A stretch of 64,000 nucleotides of DNA from assembly GCA_902559415.1 (NCBI GenBank), contig CACEHW010000001.1, forward strand, positions 45,382-109,381, in the 5' to 3' direction. The position numbers were made by a program, and so were the translations under genes. This document shows, one piece after another, positions 55,386-64,000 of this stretch; positions within the stretch are counted from its first letter, which is position 1; each line of letters begins with the position of its first letter. The notes below the pieces were generated by a model. The model ran no database searches. It worked only from the letters and a program-made list of their open reading frames with translations, and was not told the DNA's origin. The DNA comes from an uncultured Fidelibacterota bacterium. Lineage in GTDB: Bacteria > Fidelibacterota > Marinisomatia > Marinisomatales > UBA1611.

Positions 55386-57695
55386 ATGAAAAAAGATAAC
55401 CTGCCATTCTCTTTTTTAGAAAAAGAAATAAAATTTTTTCAACAAAATTTAAAACAGATTGGGATCATTTTTTTTCTAGTGATATTAATTTCTCTATTAT
55501 TCCCTGGGGGTGAAACTCTCAAGTATTCTTATAAAATTAATGATATTACCAGAGAACCGATTATTGCCCCTTACACTTTCCCAATTTTAAAAACAGAAGC
55601 AGATTATGAAGAAGATAAAAAAACAGAAAAGAAATCTGTTGCTTATATTTTTAATAGGGACCAAAGCATATCAAATTCTCAATTAAAAGAATTAGATAAA
55701 TTTTTTAAATCAATTAATGATTATAGATCTGCAAAATGGAGATTTAATGAATCAAAGCAGTTGTATTATGAGCGTAAATATCATCCTACAGCAGAAAAAG
55801 CAAAAAATGAATTTATTGCTGATAGTACTAGTCTTGTAATTATTACAAATGATTTTAAAACTGATTATCCATTTACGACTTTGAAAGACTCTTCATGGAA
55901 TAATTATTTAACGACTATTGATGACCCAAGAATTCTTAATGACTGGTCTTCGCATAAAAAAATTGTTAGTCAGATTTGTAAGAATAGGTGGTCTGAAGGT
56001 ATATATGATATATCAATTGATAGTATCATAAGTGATAAAGTAAAAATCAATCAAGGTGATGTACCCATACTTACAAAAAAAATAGATTTTAATAGCTTGG
56101 AAATTGCTTGGATTAAAGCAAAAGAAGAGTATATAAGTAAAGTGGATTTAAAAGACATTTTTTTTGATATTGGATATGATATAATTGTTGAGCATATGAT
56201 CCCTAATTTGATATATGATAGGAAATTGACAGAATCAAATCAAAGGTCAAATATTAAGCAGGTTCCTAGAAGCAAGGGGGTGGTATTAGAAAATGAATTG
56301 ATAGTTGACGCAAATATCAGAATTACTGAGGATGTGCTTCAAAAATTAAGTTCTCTTTCTGCTTCTATTGATAATATGAATGAAGATAAGCCCTTAGATG
56401 ATATATGGAATTATTTAGGGGGAGTTATCCTTATATTAATAGTTATTTCTTTATTTTTTACCTTTTTGTATATGTATAGAATAGATGTCTTTTCAGATTG
56501 GAAAATGATTTTATTAATGTCTATTATAATTTTATTTCAGATGTTACTTGCTTCACTTATAATAAATTATTTTCAATTTTCAGAGTATCTAGTTCCGGTA
56601 TCTGTTGGTGCACTCACATTAACTATTTTATTTGATGCAAGAATTGGTTTCATGTCCACAGTTGCTGTATCGATTCTTGTAGGGTTGATGATGGGGCAAA
56701 ATATTGATTTTGTAATTACTTCTTTATTTATTGCTACTGTTGGAGTTTATAATATTCGCAAATTAAGAAAAAGGAGTCAGTTATTTACAACAATGTTTGC
56801 TCTTATTGGCGCTAGTATCATTGTGATTATTGCTATTGGTTTGTTTAAGGAGCAGTCGTGGTCAAAAATTATTATTGATTTGCAAATTTTAACATTGAAT
56901 AGTTTTTTAGCCCCTATTATCACATATGGTTTGATTGGGCTTACTGAGATGGTTTTTGAAGTGACTACTGATTTAACATTGATTGAATTACTCGATTATG
57001 ATAGGCCATTATTAAAAAGAGCTCAAAGAGAAACAAATGGGACATTTAATCACAGTATTGTCGTTGGTAATTTGGCTGAAGCTTGCGCAACAGCTATTGG
57101 TGCTCATTCACTTTTATGTAGGGTAGGTGCTTACTATCATGATATTGGTAAAATGATAAAGGCAGATTATTTTATTGAAAACCAATATGCATCTGATAAT
57201 AAGCATGATGCCATTAAGCCAACAATGAGTGCAAAGATAATTAGAAGCCATGTGAATAATGGTTTGCAGTTAGCTAAAGATTATGGTTTACCTAAAATTG
57301 TCTCTGATTTCATTCCTATGCATCATGGGACTACAAGAGTAGAATATTTTTATCGTCAAGCATTAGAGGCTGTTGATGGCGATGAATCAAAAATCGATGA
57401 AAGTCAATTTAGGTATCCTGGTCCTAAGCCAAATACAAAAGAAACAGGGATATTAATGATATGTGAGGCCATTGAAGCTGCTGTTCGTTCCATTAAAAAT
57501 CCAGATATAATGAAAATTGAAAATATGATTGATAAAATTATAAAACAGAGAGTTGATGACGGTCAATTAAGTGAGTGCCCATTGACACTTGATGAATTAA
57601 ATAAAATAAAGGGGACTGTAGATGGTAACACTGGAATGCTTCATGTATTGAGAGGAATATATCATATACGTATTGAATATCCAGATGATAAATAA
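55386..57695 (+). CDS. 7TM-HD membrane phosphohydrolase (PgpH/YqfF-like, HDIG domain)
   Basis: 769 aa. It has an N-terminal extracytoplasmic domain, a seven-helix block, and an HD domain (HSIVVGNLAEA ... YYHDIGK ... IPMHHGTTRVEYF). It lies directly upstream of ybeY, as in the conserved phoH-yqfF-ybeY arrangement. Confidence 0.8.
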   Translation: MKKDNLPFSFLEKEIKFFQQNLKQIGIIFFLVILISLLFPGGETLKYSYKINDITREPIIAPYTFPILKTEADYEEDKKTEKKSVAYIFNRDQSISNSQLKELDKFFKSINDYRSAKWRFNESKQLYYERKYHPTAEKAKNEFIADSTSLVIITNDFKTDYPFTTLKDSSWNNYLTTIDDPRILNDWSSHKKIVSQICKNRWSEGIYDISIDSIISDKVKINQGDVPILTKKIDFNSLEIAWIKAKEEYISKVDLKDIFFDIGYDIIVEHMIPNLIYDRKLTESNQRSNIKQVPRSKGVVLENELIVDANIRITEDVLQKLSSLSASIDNMNEDKPLDDIWNYLGGVILILIVISLFFTFLYMYRIDVFSDWKMILLMSIIILFQMLLASLIINYFQFSEYLVPVSVGALTLTILFDARIGFMSTVAVSILVGLMMGQNIDFVITSLFIATVGVYNIRKLRKRSQLFTTMFALIGASIIVIIAIGLFKEQSWSKIIIDLQILTLNSFLAPIITYGLIGLTEMVFEVTTDLTLIELLDYDRPLLKRAQRETNGTFNHSIVVGNLAEACATAIGAHSLLCRVGAYYHDIGKMIKADYFIENQYASDNKHDAIKPTMSAKIIRSHVNNGLQLAKDYGLPKIVSDFIPMHHGTTRVEYFYRQALEAVDGDESKIDESQFRYPGPKPNTKETGILMICEAIEAAVRSIKNPDIMKIENMIDKIIKQRVDDGQLSECPLTLDELNKIKGTVDGNTGMLHVLRGIYHIRIEYPDDK

Positions 57696-57710
57696 TTTAA
57701 TTTTTATTCA

Positions 57711-58157
57711 ATGAAAAATATTCATGTTTTTATAAACCCAAAGTATGAAAAATTAAATGAGGGCCTTTGTATTACAATAGTTAAAAAAGTATTAACTCAT
57801 TATAATTTTAAATCTATTGATGTAAATCTAATTTTTACTTCAGATATTTACGTTAGTGATCTAAAAAAAGAGTTTTTTTCAAAAAATCAATGGACCGATG
57901 TAATTGCATTTCCAATAAACATTAAAAATGAAAAATCTGTTGAAGGGGAAATATATATTAGTATGCCAACAGCAAAAGAAAATGCAAAGCGTTTTAAACA
58001 GTCATATAGTAAAGAGTTAGCAAGATTAATTATTCATGGTTCTCTTCATTTATTAGGGATTGAAGATGATACAGTAGAGAAAAAAGGAAAAATGAGTAAG
58101 TTAGAAGAGTATTTTTTAAAAGAGATATCATGGAAAGAATTAATTGAAAAAAAATAA
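57711..58157 (+). CDS. ybeY: rRNA maturation endoribonuclease YbeY (variant metal motif)
   Basis: 148 aa. The motif HGSLHLLGIED appears where the canonical one is H-G-x-L-H-L-x-G-x-D-H. Context with pgpH and mazG fits. Confidence 0.8.
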   Translation: MKNIHVFINPKYEKLNEGLCITIVKKVLTHYNFKSIDVNLIFTSDIYVSDLKKEFFSKNQWTDVIAFPINIKNEKSVEGEIYISMPTAKENAKRFKQSYSKELARLIIHGSLHLLGIEDDTVEKKGKMSKLEEYFLKEISWKELIEKK

Positions 58158-58929
58158 CAATAATGAATTTTCGCAATTTGGGGATCTTGTAGAAATAGTT
58201 AAAAAATTAAGAAGCCCTAACGGTTGTGATTGGGACAAAACTCAAACTAGAAATTCATTGATACCATATTTTATTGAAGAAGTATATGAATTAATTGAAA
58301 GTATAGATAAAAAAGATGCAATAGATATTAGAGAAGAATTGGGGGATGTTTTATTACATGTAATTTTTCAATCTCAAATTGCATCTGAAAAAAGTGATTT
58401 TGACATAAATGATGTGGTCCATGATATAAATGAAAAATTAATAAATAGACATCCACATGTTTTTGAAAAATCATTATTATTAAACGATAAAATAAGCAAT
58501 GAGCCCTGGGAGGAGAAAAAATATAAAGAAAAAGGCAGACAATCTAGACTTGATGGTATCCCTAAAATATTGCCATCTATAATATCTTCTCAAAGAATCC
58601 TAGATAAAGCTTCTTCTGTGGGTTTTGACTTTGAGGAGATAAGGCAAGTTTGGGAAAAATTAGATGAAGAAATATCAGAAGTAAAATTTGCTCAAAAAGA
58701 AAATAATTTAAAGAATATTGAAGGTGAGTTAGGTGACTTACTTTTTACGGTGATTAATTTATGTCGTTTTTTTGATGTTTCAGCAGAAAACGCCTTAAGA
58801 AAATCAAATAAAAAATTTATTAAGAGATTTCAGTCATTAGAAAAAAAAGTATCGAATTCTAATAGGGATTTTGAAAAATATTCACAAAATGAATTGGATA
58901 GTATTTGGATTAAGGTTAAAAAAGAATAA
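58144..58929 (+). CDS. mazG: Nucleoside triphosphate pyrophosphohydrolase MazG
   Basis: TTG start. Tandem MazG domains with EEVYELIESI ... ELGDVLLHV and LDEEISEV ... ELGDLLFTV. CDWDKTQT near the N-terminus. Confidence 0.85.
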   Translation: MKKNNNNEFSQFGDLVEIVKKLRSPNGCDWDKTQTRNSLIPYFIEEVYELIESIDKKDAIDIREELGDVLLHVIFQSQIASEKSDFDINDVVHDINEKLINRHPHVFEKSLLLNDKISNEPWEEKKYKEKGRQSRLDGIPKILPSIISSQRILDKASSVGFDFEEIRQVWEKLDEEISEVKFAQKENNLKNIEGELGDLLFTVINLCRFFDVSAENALRKSNKKFIKRFQSLEKKVSNSNRDFEKYSQNELDSIWIKVKKE

Positions 58930-58930
58930 A

Positions 58931-59356
58931 TCATTCTCCATTAATTGTCACAGTTATTTTTCTAGACTTAATTTTATTCCGATGTTCACACAAGAAAATA
59001 CCTTGCCACATACCTAGGTTAAGATTCCCATTTTTTATAGGGATGGAAAGAGAATTTCCTAGGATAGCTGTTTTTAAATGCGCAGGCATGTCATCGTTCC
59101 CCTCATATGTGTGCGTGTAAAATTCTTTTTTTTCTGGTACTATTCTATTAAAGTGAGATTCAAAATCAGTTCTTACATTACTATCTGCATTTTCATTTAT
59201 TGTTAATGAAGCTGATGTATGATTTATAAAAATATGAAGTATGCCAATATTGATTTTTTTTAATTCTGGTAGGTTTTTTAAAATTTCATCAGTTATTAAG
59301 TGGAACCCTCTAGGGTTATTTTTAATAATAATTTCTTTTTGTATCCAGATATTCAA
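58931..59356 (-). CDS. YjbQ/UPF0047 family protein (secondary thiamine-phosphate synthase-like)
   Basis: 141 aa. GILHIFINHTSASLTINENADSNVRTDFE ... DDMPAHLK ... LGMWQGIFLCEHR matches the family pattern. Confidence 0.75.
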   Translation of the reverse strand: MNIWIQKEIIIKNNPRGFHLITDEILKNLPELKKINIGILHIFINHTSASLTINENADSNVRTDFESHFNRIVPEKKEFYTHTYEGNDDMPAHLKTAILGNSLSIPIKNGNLNLGMWQGIFLCEHRNKIKSRKITVTINGE

Positions 59357-59359
59357 ATA

Positions 59360-60622
59360 CTAAGTCTTTTTCTCTTTTTTCTTAGCAGCTGGGAAAAGAA
59401 TATTATTTAATATTAACCTATAGCCTGGAGAATTTCTATGCAGAGATAAATCAGTTGGTGGGTCACCAACAAAGTGTTGATAGTCTTCAGGGTCATGACC
59501 TCCATAAAAGGTATATGTCCCTCTCCCTAAATTACCATGGAGGTATTTAGCTTGTTCTGAGGCTGGATCTTCTCCCATTATAGTAACATGATTTTTAATC
59601 ATATTTTTATTAAATCCAGTAGTTTGGCCCATAAAACCTTTCACTACTGGGACGTGGTTTTGAGTTAACATAGTTGGCACAGGGTCATATTTTGCCGAAA
59701 ATTCGAATAAAGAAAAATAATCTGCCTCGGCTCCTCTAGTTACTGGATTATGACTCGGAGGGTAATCTATATCAGAAAATTCATAGATCATTGGATCTGT
59801 GTACAGAGAGAAATCTTTAAATGCTAATGTTTTGGAAAAATCAATTTTATTAGAAAGATTTTTATCAACTGGTGTACCATCGAAAACACTATGAACACCA
59901 TCAACACCTTCTAATGACAAAGCTATATCATAAGAATCTGTTGCAGAACACATAGCAAATAAAAACCCACCATTAGATATATAATTTTTAATAATTTTAG
60001 CAATTGTTTTTTTTTCTTCATGCACACTTGCCATCCCATATTTTCTTGCTAATGATTCAAATCTATTTTTTTGGTCTATGTACCAAGGAGCATTGTGATA
60101 ATTACGATAAAACTTTCCGTATTGACCTGTGAAATCTTCATGATGCAAGTGTAGCCAATCAAAATTATCTAAGCCATTGTTTAATACTTCTTCATCCCAT
60201 AACGTCTCATAATCGACTTCAGCATATGCCAATGCTAGAGTTACTGCATCATCCCAGGGTTGCTTATTTGGAGGTGTGTAAATAGCTATTTTAGGAGCTT
60301 TCTCTAATAAAACAATATCCATATTATTTTTTTCTATAGTAGAATAAATTTCTAAGACCTCGTTATTGACTTCGATAAAAGTGACACCTCTGATTTTACA
60401 TTCAGCCTTTATTGAAGTTTGACTATCTATTAAAAATGAACCGCCTTGAAAATTTAAAAGCCATTCTACATTAATATTTCGCTTTAATGCATAATATGCT
60501 ATCCCATATGATTTTAAATGATCATTTTGAGTTTGGTCCATTGGGATTAATATTTTTTGAGAAAAGCTAACGCTGATCAAGGCTAAGCATAATAATTTTA
60601 TTTTATATTTATATTTTTTCAT
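59360..60622 (-). CDS. Secreted protein with a DUF4159-like (class-I glutamine-amidotransferase-like fold) region, function unknown
   Basis: The track start is 60685. The Met at 60622 gives the signal peptide MKKYKYKIKLLCLALISVSFSQ. KIAIYTPPNKQPWDD ... FDWLHLHHEDFTG ... ISNGGFLFAMCSA resembles DUF4159/ThuA-like layouts. Weak call. Confidence 0.4.
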   Translation of the reverse strand: MKKYKYKIKLLCLALISVSFSQKILIPMDQTQNDHLKSYGIAYYALKRNINVEWLLNFQGGSFLIDSQTSIKAECKIRGVTFIEVNNEVLEIYSTIEKNNMDIVLLEKAPKIAIYTPPNKQPWDDAVTLALAYAEVDYETLWDEEVLNNGLDNFDWLHLHHEDFTGQYGKFYRNYHNAPWYIDQKNRFESLARKYGMASVHEEKKTIAKIIKNYISNGGFLFAMCSATDSYDIALSLEGVDGVHSVFDGTPVDKNLSNKIDFSKTLAFKDFSLYTDPMIYEFSDIDYPPSHNPVTRGAEADYFSLFEFSAKYDPVPTMLTQNHVPVVKGFMGQTTGFNKNMIKNHVTIMGEDPASEQAKYLHGNLGRGTYTFYGGHDPEDYQHFVGDPPTDLSLHRNSPGYRLILNNILFPAAKKKEKKT

Positions 60623-62468
60623 TATCTTTAATTTTTCTAAGGTGGTATCTGATGGGTTCAGAAAAAATTGAATCTGAATAATCATTAATAATTCGCATAT
60701 AATATTCTAGAGCTTTAGATGGGTCACCATAAAATTGTTCATATATTTGTCCTGACATTATTATACCTCTATCTGAATAAATTGAGCCATTCAAAGTACT
60801 TAGTTGGGTTAGTGCCTCATCATATTTTCTTAATCTCATTAGTATTATTGATCTTCTTAAAGAAATAAGGGGGGAAATTATTTCATTATTATTATTATTT
60901 TGAATGTATTCAAGCAGTTGGTTGGCTTCAAATACTTTTCTTTGTTTTAAAAGCGATTCCGATCTTAAATAATTTTTGAAAACTTCTTTACCCTTAGCAT
61001 CTACTTTAACATAATAATAATTAATAAAATCTCTTAATTCCATCAAGTCATTAAAGTATTTATTTGTTGGTATTATTGTTTTGAATGAGTTATTTATTAT
61101 AGTCAGAGCTGTATCAGGCGATCCGGAAAATAAATACATTTCGATTAATTTATTTTTTATCTCAGGTGTCTCATGAGCACTATAGCTTGAGTCTAAAAAT
61201 TTGATTGAAGATATAAAATCACCTTTGGCTAAATAAACATCTGCTATTCTTAGGATGTTTTGCTCTTTTAATATTTTTGAACGACATTTTGATAACGATG
61301 ATTTATATAATTTTAGAGCTTTATCAAAATCTTCTATAATTCTGTACTGTATTTCAGCAAGTCTAAATTCTGCTTCACATGCAATTGCCGATTCTGGTAT
61401 AGATGTTAGGACAGAATCGTATATTGATAGGCTATAAGCTAGATTCTCTGAAGATATATTTGTGTAAAGTTGAAAAGCATCTTCAAAAAAAATATTATCA
61501 TTATAAAAAAAAGGTATAATATCATTTTTTTCAATTGGAAAAATCTGATCTTCAAAAGTCTTAGCTAAACCTAGTAGCCCTTCTCCATATTGATAGGTTT
61601 TTAAATCTTTTTTTAATGAAAATTGATATGACTTAACGGCTAAAGAATATGCCTTTTCTTTTCTTAAATTATTACTGAAGCTGAGCCATTTTTTTGCACT
61701 AAAATTTTCTATTTCGCTCAATTCTAATAATGTATCAAAAGATTTTTTAAACTCTCTATGCTTAAAATAGTGATCAGATAAAATAGGTAAGAATAATACT
61801 GGATTGCTATTACTCATCTCTAATAATTTTATTTCAATTATGTTTTTTGAATCAATATCATCGCCCATTATCAGAATTCTTCTTGATACAGAAGAGATGT
61901 TTCCAGGGTTAGAAAAAAGAGAAAGGACATATTCTTCTATTGCGTCTTCAAACTGCTTTCTTTTTTGGTAGTAATTACCTAGTTCAATTGATAAAAAGCT
62001 ATTATTAAACTCTTCTCTTCCTTTTTCAATCATTTGAAATAGTTCATCGCCTAAACTATATTTATCATAAGTCGAGAATAATAATCTGTAATAGGATCTA
62101 TTATTTGAAAATAATAATAAACCATCAGACCAAACTTTTTTAGCATCATTTATTTTTTCGTTTAAAAAGTAAAACTCTCCTAGCTCTATAGTGAGTTGTA
62201 TGTCTTTAGGATTTCTTGAAAGTTGATATATAAGAAAATTAATCCCGTCGCCATATCTCTGACTTTTTCTATATATGTTCTTAAGACTGCGAATGGCCTG
62301 ATAATTATTAGGACTTTTGCTTAGCATATCATTGTAGATTGATATCGCAGCATCCCAATTTTTTTGAATTTCGTACATTCTAGCAGTTTTAATTGAGCCA
62401 GTATACTCACCGATTGCAATTGAGCATAAACCTAAAATTAAAGCTAATCTAAGGATTAATATCTTCAT
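60609..62468 (-). CDS. Secreted TPR-repeat protein
   Basis: 619 aa with the signal peptide MKILILRLALILGLCSIAIG. It has many TPR-like helix pairs (e.g. WDAAISIYNDMLSKSPNNYQAIRSLKNIY; FEDAIEEYVLSLFSNPGN). Confidence 0.6.
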   Translation of the reverse strand: MKILILRLALILGLCSIAIGEYTGSIKTARMYEIQKNWDAAISIYNDMLSKSPNNYQAIRSLKNIYRKSQRYGDGINFLIYQLSRNPKDIQLTIELGEFYFLNEKINDAKKVWSDGLLLFSNNRSYYRLLFSTYDKYSLGDELFQMIEKGREEFNNSFLSIELGNYYQKRKQFEDAIEEYVLSLFSNPGNISSVSRRILIMGDDIDSKNIIEIKLLEMSNSNPVLFLPILSDHYFKHREFKKSFDTLLELSEIENFSAKKWLSFSNNLRKEKAYSLAVKSYQFSLKKDLKTYQYGEGLLGLAKTFEDQIFPIEKNDIIPFFYNDNIFFEDAFQLYTNISSENLAYSLSIYDSVLTSIPESAIACEAEFRLAEIQYRIIEDFDKALKLYKSSLSKCRSKILKEQNILRIADVYLAKGDFISSIKFLDSSYSAHETPEIKNKLIEMYLFSGSPDTALTIINNSFKTIIPTNKYFNDLMELRDFINYYYVKVDAKGKEVFKNYLRSESLLKQRKVFEANQLLEYIQNNNNNEIISPLISLRRSIILMRLRKYDEALTQLSTLNGSIYSDRGIIMSGQIYEQFYGDPSKALEYYMRIINDYSDSIFSEPIRYHLRKIKDNEKI

Positions 62469-64000
62469 TATTATTAGTTGAATTGGATTTAACTTGGCTC
62501 ATGGCATTAAAATATCTTTTAATCATAGTTTGATATTCTTTTGAATATCCAGAATTAAGGGATCGATTTAATGCTTCTAAGGCAATACTTTGTCTCTGTC
62601 CCAGATTATCGGGCAGTCCTTTTGAGGATAAGTAAATTGTTGAACCTTTATTTGTGTAAGATTTCCTTTTTTCTTTATACCCTCTTTGAGCTAGTGAAGT
62701 TTGGCTATCAAGCATTCTAGAAAGAATTCTTCGTTGTTTATATTTAGTATTTCTATTGTAATTCATCTTCGATAAGTCAGCGATGACATCATTTATATCA
62801 TTTGAAATTCCTTTTAAATCTCCTTGTCCTTGATTATTCCCCGACTGTCTCATTTCTTCTATTAGTTGCTGTAATGATTTTTGGATTCCTTTTTGTCCTT
62901 GAAGCATAGATTGCAACATTTGTTTTTTCCCCGCTTCAGACATTTGCCCCAAGCTTAAACCCATCCCTTTTTGATTTAAACCTTGCTGTTGGCCAGCCAT
63001 TTGTTGCATCATTTTTAAAAACTGTTCAAATCCACTAGCAGAACCAGATGATTGCATTTGCTTGATGCTTTGGAACAAATATAATGCGGTTTCATTCAAA
63101 CCTTTAATTGCAATATCTTGATTACCAATTGCATCACGGATATTCCTATTTGTCAGGTCAGATTTTGTTTTTTCAATTGCATTATTTACCAAACCAACTG
63201 CCTTACCAATTTCGGGCGTTATTGAGAAGGTTTCTTTAGATAACTCAATCATTTGTTTGGTAGTTCGACGTAACTGATCTTGAATAAGTTGTTGATTATA
63301 TGTCATTGCTTTTAGCCTTGATGAGTTCCTAGATAATGAAGAGGTTTTTTCTTTTAAATTTTCTTGTTTTTTTGATAGAAAAAGAAAATCTCGCATGATT
63401 TTTTCTAGTTTCGCTGACATCTCAGAAACTGTTTCATTTTGGAATTGTTGCTGTATCATTGATAGAGTGTTTTGTAGGTTATATAAACTATTTAGTGCTT
63501 TTTGGCTTGAGGACCGTGCTTTTTTATTATTACTTTTTTGAAGATTTGAAATTGTATTTTGAATATTATTTCTAGCATCTTCATAATCTTCGCTTTTGCT
63601 CAGTTCTTCTATTTTTTCTGCTGAATTTTGACTGAATGGCTCTATTAATTCAGAGGATTGATTCATCTCATCATTTAGTTGTTTTAATTCCTCAAGTAAT
63701 CGTTGTTCTTCTTGTGCAATTCTTTGTTCATTAGTTGCGCTAGGTTCATCTTTAATATTCTTAATATCATCATCAAGTTTATTTTTTTGTTGAATTAATT
63801 TTTCTAGTCTATTTTTTAATTCATCTAGTTTTTGCTCTGCTTTTAATCTTTTAAAGATATCAATGTACCGGTCTAACTCAGATTCAACTTCATTCATATT
63901 TTGAGCCATTTGCTCTAATGATTTTTGTATATCTTCTAGATTCATATCATCAAGTGAGTTTTGAATTTTATTTAATTCTTCCATTATGGTTTTTGGTATT
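62449..64000 (-). CDS. Gln/Lys/Glu-rich coiled-coil protein (DUF4175-like C-terminal part); the frame stays open to the window edge, so the N-terminus may lie outside
   Basis: More than 511 aa. Upstream of the Met at 63984 the frame reads ...IPKTI with no stop before position 64000. The protein has long heptad-rich and Q-rich (MQQMAGQQQGLNQKGMG) regions. The tail RRILSRMLD ... YSKEYQTMIKRYFNAMS resembles DUF4175-type endings as I recall them. Confidence 0.45.
   Translation of the reverse strand, partial: IPKTIMEELNKIQNSLDDMNLEDIQKSLEQMAQNMNEVESELDRYIDIFKRLKAEQKLDELKNRLEKLIQQKNKLDDDIKNIKDEPSATNEQRIAQEEQRLLEELKQLNDEMNQSSELIEPFSQNSAEKIEELSKSEDYEDARNNIQNTISNLQKSNNKKARSSSQKALNSLYNLQNTLSMIQQQFQNETVSEMSAKLEKIMRDFLFLSKKQENLKEKTSSLSRNSSRLKAMTYNQQLIQDQLRRTTKQMIELSKETFSITPEIGKAVGLVNNAIEKTKSDLTNRNIRDAIGNQDIAIKGLNETALYLFQSIKQMQSSGSASGFEQFLKMMQQMAGQQQGLNQKGMGLSLGQMSEAGKKQMLQSMLQGQKGIQKSLQQLIEEMRQSGNNQGQGDLKGISNDINDVIADLSKMNYNRNTKYKQRRILSRMLDSQTSLAQRGYKEKRKSYTNKGSTIYLSSKGLPDNLGQRQSIALEALNRSLNSGYSKEYQTMIKRYFNAMSQVKSNSTNNNEDINP

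Noticed and set aside
1-64000. CRISPR arrays, IS elements, transposases, integrases, prophage or toxin-antitoxin/defence gene signatures, and rRNA genes
   Set aside because: Reading both strands and all track ORFs, I found no spaced direct-repeat array, no DDE/tyrosine/serine recombinase motifs and no nuclease/ATPase pairs typical of defence islands. The window looks like core chromosome with a few lineage-specific inserts.

Overview
This is a visibly AT-rich window (roughly one-third G+C by eye, not computed). It is very gene-dense, with about 60 genes, mostly short intergenic gaps and many 1-8 nt start/stop overlaps. It looks like a chromosomal segment of a Gram-negative-type bacterium (lipid A genes present) that uses Shine-Dalgarno sites. 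The streamlined style and gene content (membrane pyrophosphatase, Na+/solute symporter, TPR and FG-GAP surface proteins) suggest an uncultured marine lineage. I cannot place it taxonomically without a search.

Most of the window is core housekeeping:
- late lipid A steps (lpxK, DUF374, lpxB), ychF, fabA and uvrA
- a ~14 kb co-directional run: ruvB-queA-ispD-ispF-ispE-tRNA-Gln-prs-rplY-pth-hppA-rpsF-rpsR-rplI-priA
- mutY, plsC, pepC, mtaB, gcvP, RNase P RNA and pgpH-ybeY-mazG

I saw no rRNA, CRISPR array, transposase, integrase, phage or recognisable defence genes.

The parts not explained by routine annotation, in my order of interest:
1. An operon encoding a PAS-domain-fused MenA/UbiA-type prenyltransferase followed by a CADD (CT610)-type di-metal oxidase.
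2. A tandem pair of giant envelope proteins (FG-GAP propeller plus seven cadherin-like modules).
3. A lipid A cluster carrying an ICMT-family methyltransferase and a Gfo/Idh/MocA oxidoreductase, which hints at Leptospira-style lipid A modification.
4. A 2TM/RCK K+ channel translationally coupled to a stand-alone cyclic-nucleotide-binding protein.
5. A frameshift in a homopolymer run that cuts the conserved N-terminus off gcvP.
6. A (D/E)RR-repeat mini-protein whose called ORF start is actually the upstream gene's terminator.
7. The edge of a DUF4175/TPR/DUF4159-like envelope cluster.

All family calls rest on motifs recognised by eye. No searches or computations were run, and none of the candidate systems is proven.
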